Assembly (NCBI GenBank): GCA_030704615.1
Contig: CM060732.1
Span: 44,640,001 to 44,704,000, forward strand
DNA from: Takakia lepidozioides
Lineage: Eukaryota > Plantae > Bryophyta
Length of the DNA: 64,000 nucleotides
Direction: 5' to 3'
Of the stretch, positions 34,376-45,619 are shown one piece after another. Position 1 is the first letter of the stretch; every line of letters begins with the position of its first letter. The position numbers and the translations under genes are program-made. Under the pieces are notes generated by a model. It did not search any database. It was given only the letters and a program-made list of their open reading frames with translations, and was not told the origin of the DNA.

Positions 34376-35280
34376 TCTTGGGAGAGTCAGCTTCGTCTTA
34401 GCAGGCCGTGTTTCAATCTCTACCCGCTCGGCCCTGATTTTACAGCACGGAGCAGAGCTGGCATGAGTTTCTTAAAGATCCTTCACGATGGTGGGACAAC
34501 CGCAATCGCAAGGTGTGGCTTTTTCTTAATGTACGATGTGAAGAAGTTTGTCCATCCTGCAAATGTGGGTTGTTGGCTCCTGTTAGTACCATGATTGGTA
34601 TTCATCCTGATGTTTACAAGGTTCTTGGGAGAGTTAGCTTGGTCTTAGCATGCCGTGTTTCAATCTATGCCCACTCAGCTGCACCGTGGTGGTTCTCACT
34701 AACCAATCCGACATTACCTAACTACAGACACAAGCAGCACACAAGAGGTCCTTTTGGGTTCATGGTCAGTCAAATCCTCCATGGGTCATGACACAAGGTC
34801 GAGGACAATGTGGTGAGGGCACCTTCTTCTTCGACCTATTTCAGCCTATTTTGCCCTCTCATCAGACTCGGCCCTGAATTTGAATCATGGAGCAGAGCTG
34901 GCATGAGTTTTTTTTAAGATCCTTCACGAGGGTGCGACCGCAATCGCAAGGTGTGGTTTTTTTTTAATGTACGATGTGCAAAATTTTGTCCATCCTGCAA
35001 ATGTGGGTTGTTGGCTCCATGATTTGATATTCTTCCTGATGTTTACAAGGTTCTTGGGAGAGTCAGCTTGGTCTTAGCAGACCGTCTTTCAAAGTCTGCC
35101 TGCTCAGCTGCACCGTGGTGCAGGTTCTCACTGACCAATCCGACATTACCTGACTACAGACACAAGCATCACACACAAGGTCAAATCCTCCATGGGTCAT
35201 GACACAAGGTCAAGGACAGTGTGAGGGCACCTTCTTCTTCGACCTATTTCAGCATGTTTTGCCCTCTCATCAGACGCCCT
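34376..35280 (+). repeat. Local tandem duplication (~430 bp period) with an internal sub-repeat
   Basis: ttcttgggagagt.agctt.gtcttagca at 34376, 34622 and 35051; ggagcagagctggcatgagttt...catcctgcaaatgtgggttgttggctcc at ~34449 and ~34889. Confidence 0.85.
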
Positions 35281-35677
35281 GAGATGCATATTGAATTTTG
35301 TAAGTTAGCTCATTGCTCGTTGATAAGTAGGGTTGGGGGTGTTTGCTGGAACAATTCTAGGCTGTCATTGTCAGCTGCTAGCAGGAAGGCAAGGATGTAT
35401 GCATAGATAGCTGAAGGATTTGTGCAGAGGCATAGATAGCTGAAGGAGCAGGGATAGAGTGTGGGCCCAAATTCGTCCAAGAGGGCCGGATTTCAAGCTC
35501 CATTATTTCAGTGTCATCCATTCAGCCAGGAATTTCCTGGTGACATTGCCAAGGCTTTACTCGCAACATGATGCTTGTAAAGCTTCCTTAGCTTGAATGC
35601 TGATTATGCTTGAATTATTAGGTTTGTAAAGCCAGTTTGAAATTTTCATGGTAATCAGCTCTCTTGAAAATCTGTAG

Positions 35678-35770
35678 GTTGCAAGCCATTTACAGCGGGC
35701 CGTGGGTGGACTGGAAGACAGCCATTGAAAGTCCTGGTGCAAGTTAATACCAGTGGAGAGCAGAATAAGC
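35678..35770 (+). pseudogene. Exon fragment of a YggS/PROSC (PLP homeostasis protein) gene
   Basis: After acceptor ctgtag: VASHLQRAVGGL-(frameshift)-RQPLKVLVQVNTSGEQ, the diagnostic YggS-family motif. Confidence 0.75.
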
Positions 35771-36089
35771 TTCATATGCCCTTTTGTGCTAGTTATCTTC
35801 ATGTATGGTACTGTTGAACACCAACAATCTTTTGGTGAGATTCTGTCTTGGTGCACATGTCTGATAAAGAAAGACGGTAATGTTTGTTCTGAAACCTGAA
35901 GGCGTGAAATGATTCAACACAACAAGAGCATTACGCGTGTCACAATACAAGCTGTAAGAAAGCAAGAGATACATAGTTATACAGTCAAACAGACAACTAT
36001 CAGTTTCTGTGGAATCTCTTACCAATGGCAGGATGGGTTGGGAATAGCCAAGTCAAGAGGTGAATGCCTGTCAAATTACCACATGTCCT

Positions 36090-36554
36090 TTTGAACACTG
36101 CCCCTGCCCTGGTGGACATGTACGCCAATTGTGGGTGCATTGAGGATGCAAAGGGAGTGTTCAACACTGTGGCTAAACGAGATGTGGTGTCGTGGAGTGC
36201 GATGCTTGCTGGGTATGCACAGCTGGGGTGCAGGATGGAGGCTCCAACCTTTGAGAAAATGATGGGGGAAGGGGTGAAGGCCGCCGACATAACGTTTGTG
36301 TGCGTTTGCAGTGCGTCTGCAGCCCTGGAAAGGGCAAAGAGATCCCTGGTGACATCATCAAATCTGCAATTGTACCAGATGTCATCCTGAACATGGCTCT
36401 GGTGGCCATGTATGCTAAATGTGGGAGCATTGAGGATGCCAAGGGAGTGTTCAACACTATGGCTGAACTAGATGTGGTGTCGTGGAATGCGATGCTTGAA
36501 GGGTGTGCAGAGCAGGAGCGCGGGATGGGGCTTTGGACACCTGAAAGCAAATGA
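36090..36554 (+). pseudogene. PLS-class pentatricopeptide repeat gene fragment, frameshifted
   Basis: ALVDMYANCGCIEDAKGVF....RDVVSWSAMLAGYAQ; ALVAMYAKCGSIEDAKGVF...DVVSWNAML. Confidence 0.9.
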
Positions 36555-37289
36555 TGGAGAAAAGGATGAAGGTACCTTCTTCAACATATTTCACCCTGTT
36601 TTCCCTGCTAGTGTTTGCTTTGACAATTCTAGGCTGTCATTGTCAGCTGCTAGCAGCAAGGCGAGGATATATGCATGATTTGTGCAGAGGCATGGATAGC
36701 TGAAGGAGCAGGGATTTCGTGTGGGTCCAGATTCATCCAAGAAGGCCAGATTTCAAGCACAAGATTACCTGTGATTCCCTGTGGATCAATAGCTACAAGA
36801 AACCTGCATGGGTAGATGGTCAACTGGGAGCAGCGGCACAAGTGATAAAATCAGGCACTGCTAATGAAGGCATCTTCTTCAACACATTTCACCCTGTTTT
36901 TCCCTCTTATCAGAATCGGCCCTAAATTTACATGTTCAATTCTGCAAGTTAGCTGGTTGAGTGAATCTAGTTTGGAGTGACTTTGACATGATACTGCCAA
37001 TGTGACAACAGGAAAGTGTCAAAAAATAGGTAACAGAGATGAGGAGAAGCTGTGGAATGAAACTTATCTGAGCCCAGTCACTGATGGGTCAACCGGGGTA
37101 GAAAGGTGAATGCCTGCTACATTTCAGAGAGTAGCAGACACAATTCAACATAGGAACTAGTGTGCTACGCTGAGTTGGGTGTTTCCTAGAACAAATGTAG
37201 GCTGTCATTGTCAGCTGCTAGCAGCAAGGCAAGGATGAATGCTTGATTTGTGCAGAGGCATGGATAGCTGAAGGAATAGAGATAGAGGG

Positions 37290-38509
37290 GTGACGCAGGG
37301 TGCTGGGCAATGGGCAAGATGTCTTTGTATAAACGTGAGTGACCTTCCTATCATCCTGGGTTTCATTTTTAGTGCATGTTTCGGGTCCCTCCACCTGCCC
37401 TTAAGCTTTGAAACCGAGCGTGAAGTATCTGACGACTTCGCCAATACACACCAACCTTTTTGCTTTGGTTTGTTTAGGACATGGGATAGAAGTTACCTTA
37501 AACAACACTGGCATTGGTTTTTCATATATGGTATTAGATAACTCTCTTAATTGTTTCCGCCTTGGCAGGTTGCTCAGTGACCTTCCCTGGACGCTTTGGA
37601 GTATAGCGAGTGAGTGTCTCACAATGCAATATTGGTTGGTGCATCTTATGCAAGAACTTGGAAAACAAACAAATGTCCTTGCTGTAGTAATTCTTAAAGC
37701 CATGCAAGCCGTTTTTGATGGGTTGCAGATTGATGGAATACATGAGTAGTTAGAAGATTCTGGGTGAACACTTTTCAAAGTGTTATAGTTAGACAAAATA
37801 ATTCACATGAGAACATGCGACTATTTAATGTATTTTTAGATCGCAACAAAAATGATAATGATAAATAGATTGGTAAATAGAGATGGTGTGCAATCTCTTG
37901 GTTTTGCTCAGCTTGTTGCAGTTATGTCTTGCTGCCTTGTTCTCTTTGTATTATATATTATATTTCATTGTTGTAATAGACATGTACATGACTGCTATCA
38001 TAGTCATAATAATGACTACATCTATTTTCACTCTCCAATAGTGCTACACCACGTGGCAGAAATACAAATATGTAAAAAAATAGCAATACACCCCAAAAAA
38101 ACACCTATCATGACACATGTCAATCTGCTGATGGACCACGTGTAAAAACTGCAACGCGCCACGTGTTGCAACCGGATTAGCACACCCGTAGTCATAGTTC
38201 GTAGTCATAGTTCGCAGTCATGGAGAGCTAAACTCTACCACGTGTCATTTCCTGCATCGAGCACGTGCCACTCTTGCACAGCCGCTGACATGGACTACAC
38301 TGTCCGTTCAGTCATTCAGTAAAGCCAGCGTGTATGACTACCCCCACAGCTGCTCTGGCGCCACGTGACAGCCAGCCTGGAGAGTCATATCTGCCATGTC
38401 ACAACTGACTAGGTCTTTACGTCTGCAGAGTCAGGAAGTCGTAAATGGCTTCCATGACTGCATTTGCAGTCATAACACAGAGACGTAAAAGCCGCAATTT
38501 GTTGTAGTG
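37290..38509 (-). mobile_element. CACTA (En/Spm) element remnant: terminus at 38509, subterminal AGTCAT repeats, decayed TnpD-like transposase
   Basis: Ends ...tttgttgtagtg (CACTACAACAAA on minus); many atgact/agtcat motifs at 37985-38475; minus-strand fragments ICLFSK...HCETLTRY...GK...PAK and LFKVTSI...QDDRKVTHVY resemble Transposase_21-region sequence. Confidence 0.7.
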
Positions 38510-41161
38510 GGTTCCAGCATTGTGAGTCTGGGATCAACTTTGCATTGGGGTTTTCATGGCAATCAGATCTGCAGAGAACTCGCTGTAGGGTAGAGATAAG
38601 AGGGAGTTGCTGGATAGTATCATGGATTGGGAATGAGGGCTCTATCTGTCAAGAGTTAGGGTCTGGTACAGTACCAGCATGCACCAAGTAGTGGGATGCA
38701 TTTGGTGAATACTTTACAATCTGATGGTTGTTCCTGCTTTACATATAGTTGCAGTAGGGATTCTCTTGCTTGATGTTGGGTTATCAGACTGAGAGAGTAT
38801 AGGGCCCTGGAAACTTATCAATGGGTGCCTGAGTGCAAGCTAAGGTCTTAATTTGTTTGTGGGATGCACAGTACTTAGATAAGAAGGGGTAACTACTGAC
38901 TGACAAGCTGATTGCTGCAACAAATAGTCGAAGATAAGGATGGACTCTGTTTTGATGAGGAGAGAGGACTAAGGAAGGATGTGGTGTATGCTTGATATTT
39001 CAAGGATGATTTCTGCAAAGGGCCCCACTGGATATCAAAAAGTAAACTTCTCTTGAGCCCATCACAAGTTTGCCTTCATTGGAATTGTCTCTCATCTTTC
39101 TTATTTCACACTGTAGCTCAACTTTAGGGTTGGAGACATGATACTGCCACTATGACAACATGAAAGTATCCAAAACACGTAACAGAGATGATGAGAAGTT
39201 GTGGATGAATACTTTTCTGACCCAAGTCAATGCTGGGACACTGAGGCAACAAGGTGAATGCTTGATACAGGAGAGTAGCAGACGCAATTCAGTATATAAA
39301 CTAGTGTAATAAGCTGAGTTGGGTGTTTCCTACAACAAATCTAGCTGTCATTATCAGCTGCAAGAGACAAAAAGGTGAATGCCTATTGGACTACAGAGAG
39401 AAGCAGATGCAATTTAGAATTGGAACTACTATTATAAGTAGGGCTTGGGTGTTTGCTGGAAGAACTTCACAACGTCAGTGTCAGCTGCTAGCAGCAAGGC
39501 TGAGGATGTATTTATGATTTGTACACAGGCATGGATATATAGCTGAAGGACCAGGGATAGAGGTCCAGATTTATCCAAGAGGGCCAGATTTCAAACACAA
39601 GATTACCTCTGATTCCCTGTGGATCAATAGCTACAAGTGGATAGATGGTCAACCTGAAACAGCAGCGGCAACAACACAATTGATAGAACAAGACACTGCT
39701 GATGAAGGTACCTTCTTCAACACATTTCACCCTGTTTTACTTGCTATCATAGTCGTCCCTGAATTTTGATGTTGAACTCTGCAAGGTAGCTGAGGAGAAG
39801 CTCTGGAAGGAATACGTTTAAAGACCCCAGTCAATGGTGGAACAATCGAGGCAAAAAGGTGAATGTCTGTTGGAAGCAGACGCAAATCAGCATAGGAACT
39901 AGTGTGACAAGTAGGGTTGGGGTGTTTGCTGGAACAATCCTAGGCTGTCATTGTCAGCTGCTAGCAGCAAAGCAAGGATGTATGCATGATTTGTGCAGAG
40001 GCATGGATAGCTGAAGGGGCAGGGATAGAGTGTGGGTCCAGATTCATCCAAGATGGCTGGATTTCAAGCTCCAGATTACCTATGATTCCATGTGGAAGGA
40101 TAGCTCCAAGAAACCTGCATGGGTAGATGGTCAACTGGAAGCCGCAGCATCAGCGGCACAATTGATAAAATCAGGCACTGGTAATCAAGGCACCTTCTTC
40201 AACACAATTCACCCTGTTTTTCCCTCTAATCGGAATCAGCCCTCATGTTGAATTCTGCAAATTAGCTGGTTGAGTGAACCATTGATAGTTTGGAGTGACT
40301 TTGACATGATACTGTCAATGTGACAACAAGAAAGTATCCACAAACATGTAACAAAGGCGAGGAGAAGCTGTGGAATGAATTCTTTCTGACCCCAGTCAAT
40401 GGTGAGACAATCGAGGCAAAAAAGTGAATGCCTGATGGATTACAGAGATGCTTAAACAATTCTAGGCTGTCATTGTCAGCTGCTAGCAGCAAGGTAAGGA
40501 TGTATGCATGATTTGTGCAGAGGTATGGATAGCTGAAGGGGCAGGGATAGAGTGTGGGTCCAGATTCATCCAAGAGGGCTGGATTTCAAGCTCCAGATTA
40601 CCTATGATTCCATATAAAATCAGGCACTGGTAATCAAGGCACATTCTTCAACACAATTCACCTTGTTTTTCCCTCTAATCAGAAATCGGTCCTAAATTTT
40701 CATGTTGAATTCTGCAAGTTAGCTAGTTAAGTGAACCTTTGATAGTTTGGAGTGACTTTGACATGGTACTGCCAATGTGACAACAGGAAAGTGTCCAGAA
40801 ACAGGTAACAGAGACGAGGAGAAGTTGTGGAATGAATACTTTCTAACTCCAGTCAATGGTGGGACAATCAAGGCAAAAAGGTGAATGCCTGCTGGATTAG
40901 AGAGAGTAGCAGATGCCATTGAGCATATGAACTAGTGTGATAAGTTGAGTTGGGTGTTTCCTAGAACAAATCTAGGCTGTCATTGTCAGCTGCTCGCAGC
41001 AAAGCAAGGATGTATGCATGATTTGTGTAGAAGCATGGATAGCTGAAGGAGCAGGGATAGAGTGTGGGTCCAGATTCATCCAAGAAGGTTGGATTTCAAG
41101 CTCTAGATTACCTATGATTCCCTGTGGAAGGATAGCTACAAGAAACCTGCGTAGATGGTCA

Positions 41162-42099
41162 ATTTCTTGTTGCGGTAGTGCTTAGCAACATCGTGCTTGA
41201 AGAATGAAGTATATTTTGGGAATATATATAGGCAGACTGGTTGAAACACCATGTCAGTGTCTGATGTATTAACATCCAATATCGTTCGAAGGTGCAATGT
41301 CCTATATGAGGTTGTGTTGTGGTGTTTCTATGGATGACATGTTTGATTGTAGTTGTGTCTTTCATATTGTATCATGTTGTTGCTTCTGCTAGTCTATGCA
41401 ACAGGGTTGGTGGTAGCATCTTTCTTCGCCACTCTTTGTAACTGCCAACAGGGTTGGGGGTCGATTCGTTGGTCATTGAAAGATTAATGCATGCTCTCTT
41501 TCCCTGCATAGGGGTTGTGTCTTGGTATAGATGGCCTTTCCTCTTTGCCAATTGTTGTGCTTATGAGAGCTCCACAAAGTTTTATTTCATATTAATTTAA
41601 TATATAAATAGTCATTTAAAATTAAATAACATTTAAAAAATTGTAAAATCTACATGATCAACACGTGTCCGTCAGACCTGCTCCAACGAGACCACGTGCC
41701 GTACTGTTGTAGTGATATAGTCATACCCAAAGTCGTGTAGTCATAAAGATATGACTACTCCACTGCACCATCAGGTGATGATTACATATGTCAATGCCCA
41801 AGGATCCCACGTTTCACGCAGAGGCCTCTCCATGTAAGCACAATGTTGTAGTGATTTAGTCGTAACCTTAGTCATAACTTTCAGTCATGTAGTCATATTT
41901 GTTATGACTACGTCACCAAACCCTGCATCACTATCCCATGCCACGTCCTCAGTGACGACCATGACTTCGCACTTATCACTCCGTAGTCATGGTAGAATTG
42001 ACTTCGTGTTTGTCACTGCAGAGTGAGGTAGTCATAACAACACTTATCATGCAAATGCAGTGATATCCATAGTCATAAAAACGTTAATCTGTACTAGTG
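41162..42099 (-). mobile_element. Second CACTA element end with subterminal AGTCAT repeats
   Basis: Ends ...aatctgtactagtg (CACTAGTACAGATT on minus); dense gtagtcat/atgactac motifs at 41700-42080. Confidence 0.72.
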
Positions 42100-42740
42100 C
42101 CATTATTGATCGCCTACTCCCGCGGTGCCTCTATTCACACTAGAGTCCCATAAACACACCTTGCTCGGGATGGTGCAATCATGGACTAATCTCAAAAATT
42201 GTTGATCAAGCAATTGTTGTATAGAGAGACTTGACAGAAGATGAGGTTTGTTCATGTGGGGATTACTGGTGAAACAATGATTTTTTTGGAAAGGTGTGAG
42301 TGTCTTGCTTCATTCATTGATCTGTGTAGCCACTAGTTCGTCCATGATTGCCTGAGAATATTGGCTATGATGTACTGTTTATGGCATTTCCTCTGGAACA
42401 TTTCTCTTGCTCAAATCCAGACTATTGTTGTGAACTGTTACAGCCTTTTAAGGGCCATTTAATAGCAACATGTTATGATGGTGATGGGCAAACATAGTGA
42501 GAACAAGAGCAAGAAAAAGAGTATTTAGAGCAAGTACAATTATTTGATAAGTGTGCGATTGCTGAAGTGAGACCTTTATCCCTCCCATGAAAGGGAGAAT
42601 GACGTGCTAGTTTCAACAAGCTTTTGTATCAGTCGATAACAAGGTGTAGTAGCAGTTCCCAGTACAGATCCCCAACCATCAAAGTTAGCCGGAGTGGGAT
42701 TGAGATTTTCTTACGTAAAAATCGCCCAGATGGAATAGAC

Positions 42741-42807
42741 TGTTTCTCAGGCTCCCACTCCAGAATCGAACCCTAATTCTCCGTCACCCTTTACCACCAT
42801 GGTAGGC
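42741..42807 (-). rRNA. Short diverged 18S rRNA fragment, non-functional
   Basis: Reverse complement gcctaccatggtggtaaagggtgacggagaattagggttcgattctggagtgggagcctgagaaac matches the conserved eukaryotic SSU block with a few mismatches. Confidence 0.88.
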
Positions 42808-43277
42808 ATATTAAAGAAGTCCATAACGTTTTTTTTTTTTATGGACTGTGACAATTCCTTATGGACTTCTTAAAAGTCCATAGCATCTAGAGATTCTGGT
42901 TTTTGATAATGAGATTTAAATGTGTGAAAGTATATGTAGATGAGTCTCTATATATGTGTCCCTTTTTATTGATGGCATTGTCATGTAAGAGTATAATAAT
43001 TTACCACTATCGTATGTCTGGAAAAAATAGTGTTGTGACAGCAAAAAATGGACACTGTAGGCTACAATCACCCTAAGGTGGGTCTTCCGTAGAACCACGT
43101 GGAGATTTTGAACTTGAGGGAGTATACTCCGGTGAGCCCGTGTAGAATCCTTCCATTTCTGCTAATTCCGAATGGTTGGAATTTACAGTTGACGTAGGTG
43201 TGTATAGTGCCAAAAATGAAGCCAATGCAGCCGACCCGGGTCTGAGGTGGCTAAAGTATCCAATTGGAGAGTACTTT

Positions 43278-43340
43278 GGGGATCCGGGAGTATACCCCGG
43301 AGATGCGGGTGTATACTCTGGGGATGCGGGAGTATACTCT
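43278..43340 (+). repeat. Three tandem 21 bp units GG(G/A)GAT(G/C)CGGG(A/T)GTATAC(T/C)C(T/C)
   Basis: Units at 43278, 43299 and 43320; related gggagtatactcc at ~43118. Confidence 0.85.
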
Positions 43341-43499
43341 GGGTAGCCAGCGCAGTAATCATTTGACTCTGCTGATACTTGAGCTACAGGATCTCCGGAA
43401 GACCCTCCACAATGTTGTGCTAGAAAAGAACTTAAAGCAGCTGACCCGGGAGGAAGGTGCCTAAAATATCCAATTAGTGAATAAGTGTCATGATCTGAT

Positions 43500-45600
43500 T
43501 CAGTAGAGTAGTTGTCAGGCTCCTGTGTGGATGGATAGGTTGCAACTTGGGGAGGATCGATTATAATCTTGAAGTCCTTTGGAAGGCTCTGTCAAAATAA
43601 CCGCTGCTCTGCATTCACCTTGTGAGGAGGGTGAAAGCGTTGTCTCGTGTCCGGTATGTTCCATCTCTTTCTCCTCCTTCATCGATCACAGATTCACCAC
43701 ACTGGAAGATTCATCAAGAATCCGTGCTCAGTTACAGACTGGACAGGAATGAGACTTTCAAAGTACGCGCGATCGCCCGTACTTGGTCTGTGGATTTCCT
43801 TCCAAAAACATAAAATCCGATTTTAAGCAACAACGAGGATGATAAGCATGGCCAACAAAATCCCTATCCATGTCATTGTTCTTTGGTTCATATAAGACTA
43901 TCCTAACATCCATCATCCCTAGAACATTATTCTGAGGTGTATGTTGTTCAGAACCACGCGCGATCGCGCTTGGATCGTGTGTTATTGAGTTGAGACTTGC
44001 AGTAATACCAGAAAAGAAACTAATTTCATGCGACAGAGTGAAGTATACCGGAAGAGACTATTATAGGAAGCAACAGGAAATAATTGACGTAAGAATTAAA
44101 TAATAAAACAAAGAAGACCTTCATATTAAACCTGTTATACCAACCGACCCCGTACCAACACCTTAAGCTTTCTCGAGTATGCTGACACATGGTCGTTGTT
44201 GGATTCTATAAGCACAGAAAAGAACTTCACTTTAATGAATGAGTGGGAATTTAGAATCCTCAAACCATCCTACATGGATCAAATGATACTGTCATCGAGA
44301 TGTATGATGTTTTGTAGTATGGAAACAGTACACTATCCCGACAAACTCCGGACGCCATTCCATCGCCCATTGATCAAACAGCTTTCTTGGATGCCTTGCA
44401 TTTTGAAGCTCTTTCCGAGTGTCTCCTGCATCGTAATGTGGATCTTCTCCAAGTCATCTTTCTGGAGACATTCTCAACCTACAACAGAGTCACACTAGTT
44501 TACAGTAATCCTCAAAAAACCAAATGACCATCTTCAAATTATCATGGTCATTTGGTTTTAAAGAGTTTTTATACCCATGTGTGGATTTGTTGCAGATCGA
44601 GAATGCCTCAAAGAAGATTTAGAGATGCACCGCCTTATGAAGCAAAACACATTACAGAACACCTCCACGAAGAGAACGTGATGGGAACTTTGTGAGGTTC
44701 ATGTGGAATCACGTGTTGGGGCGAAGAAACTGGACAACAATAGCATAGAGACCTCCAGTTACAACATCGAGGGTCACATTTTCATCCCAGGGAGAGAAGT
44801 CTAACAAAAAAGCCCATTGAGGATTCTCTAGTAGGTAATTGCCGTAATTTATATTAAAAAAACAAGGAATTGATTATGTCATACGACAACATATCTATAT
44901 CCCGAATCTACCAATCAACCCATCGCCAAGCATTGACATAGCTCTCACATTCTGGGACATAATTCAAATATTTGCAAGTTAATACATATCAAGTTAACCA
45001 CAAGATTTTATTTAGCATAGCTACTGTTAGATTTAATGTCTTGTGGTTTACATGACAAGAATTAAAATGCATTCTGAGTGTCTAGTCGGAAAGTGGGTAA
45101 TCATTTGGGTTTTGGTTGCGTAACTTACCAGATGCCTAATCAATGTAAGGACAAAAACACACGCGATCGCGCGAGGTTCATGTGTTTCTATAACATCCTT
45201 ATTCTGATGGACTATGTGTAAGCAATGCACAATCATTTGGATAACTTCTACCCATCATAACAATCAGTGACAAAGCCAGAGCATAGAGGAGATATCTTGG
45301 GGTGCTTGTTACAAGGATTCTGAATGGTGGATCGACCAATCTCATGTGTCTCGTGATCTGGCCATTGACGCAGACTCGGTTGACTGATAGTGGCCGGACA
45401 TTGTCACATGAGCTTGATAGGTTCATCAATAGCGGGGAACAAGCAGATATTGGTAACAACGAGAAAAGGGTGAAGAAAGCAGCATACCGTCATTTCAACA
45501 GACCAAAAAGACGATTCGAAAAAAATAAAGACACACCTCTCTCTGCAGGCAGTTCGAGAAGTCAGCAGCAAACATTGTTGCAATTTACAGTGTTGCCGAT
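43500..45600 (+). other. Unassigned decayed coding-like or repeat sequence
   Basis: Protein-like fragments (DQTAFLDALHFEALSECLLHRNVDLLQVIFLETF) with stops; CGCGATCGC motif three times. Confidence 0.35.
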
Positions 45601-45619
45601 ATTTCGACTGGAGAAAAAT

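Larger units (their letters stand above)
35290..41160 (+). repeat. Array of ~8 decayed copies of an exon-like unit encoding an unidentified Cys/Trp-rich peptide; interrupted by other gene fragments and a CACTA remnant
   Basis: Marker ctaggctgtcattgtcagctgct at ~35356, 36628, 37196, 39340 (variant), 39470 (variant), 39939, 40461 and 40971; shared frame EEKLWNEYFLTPVNGGT...CDKL.WVF.GT.LGCHCQLLAA.QGCMHDLCRGMD...VWVQIHPR..DFK...KKPAWVDGQL. Confidence 0.85.

Noticed and set aside
38510-39120. Possible decayed LINE fragment
   Set aside because: Too degenerate to support any motif.
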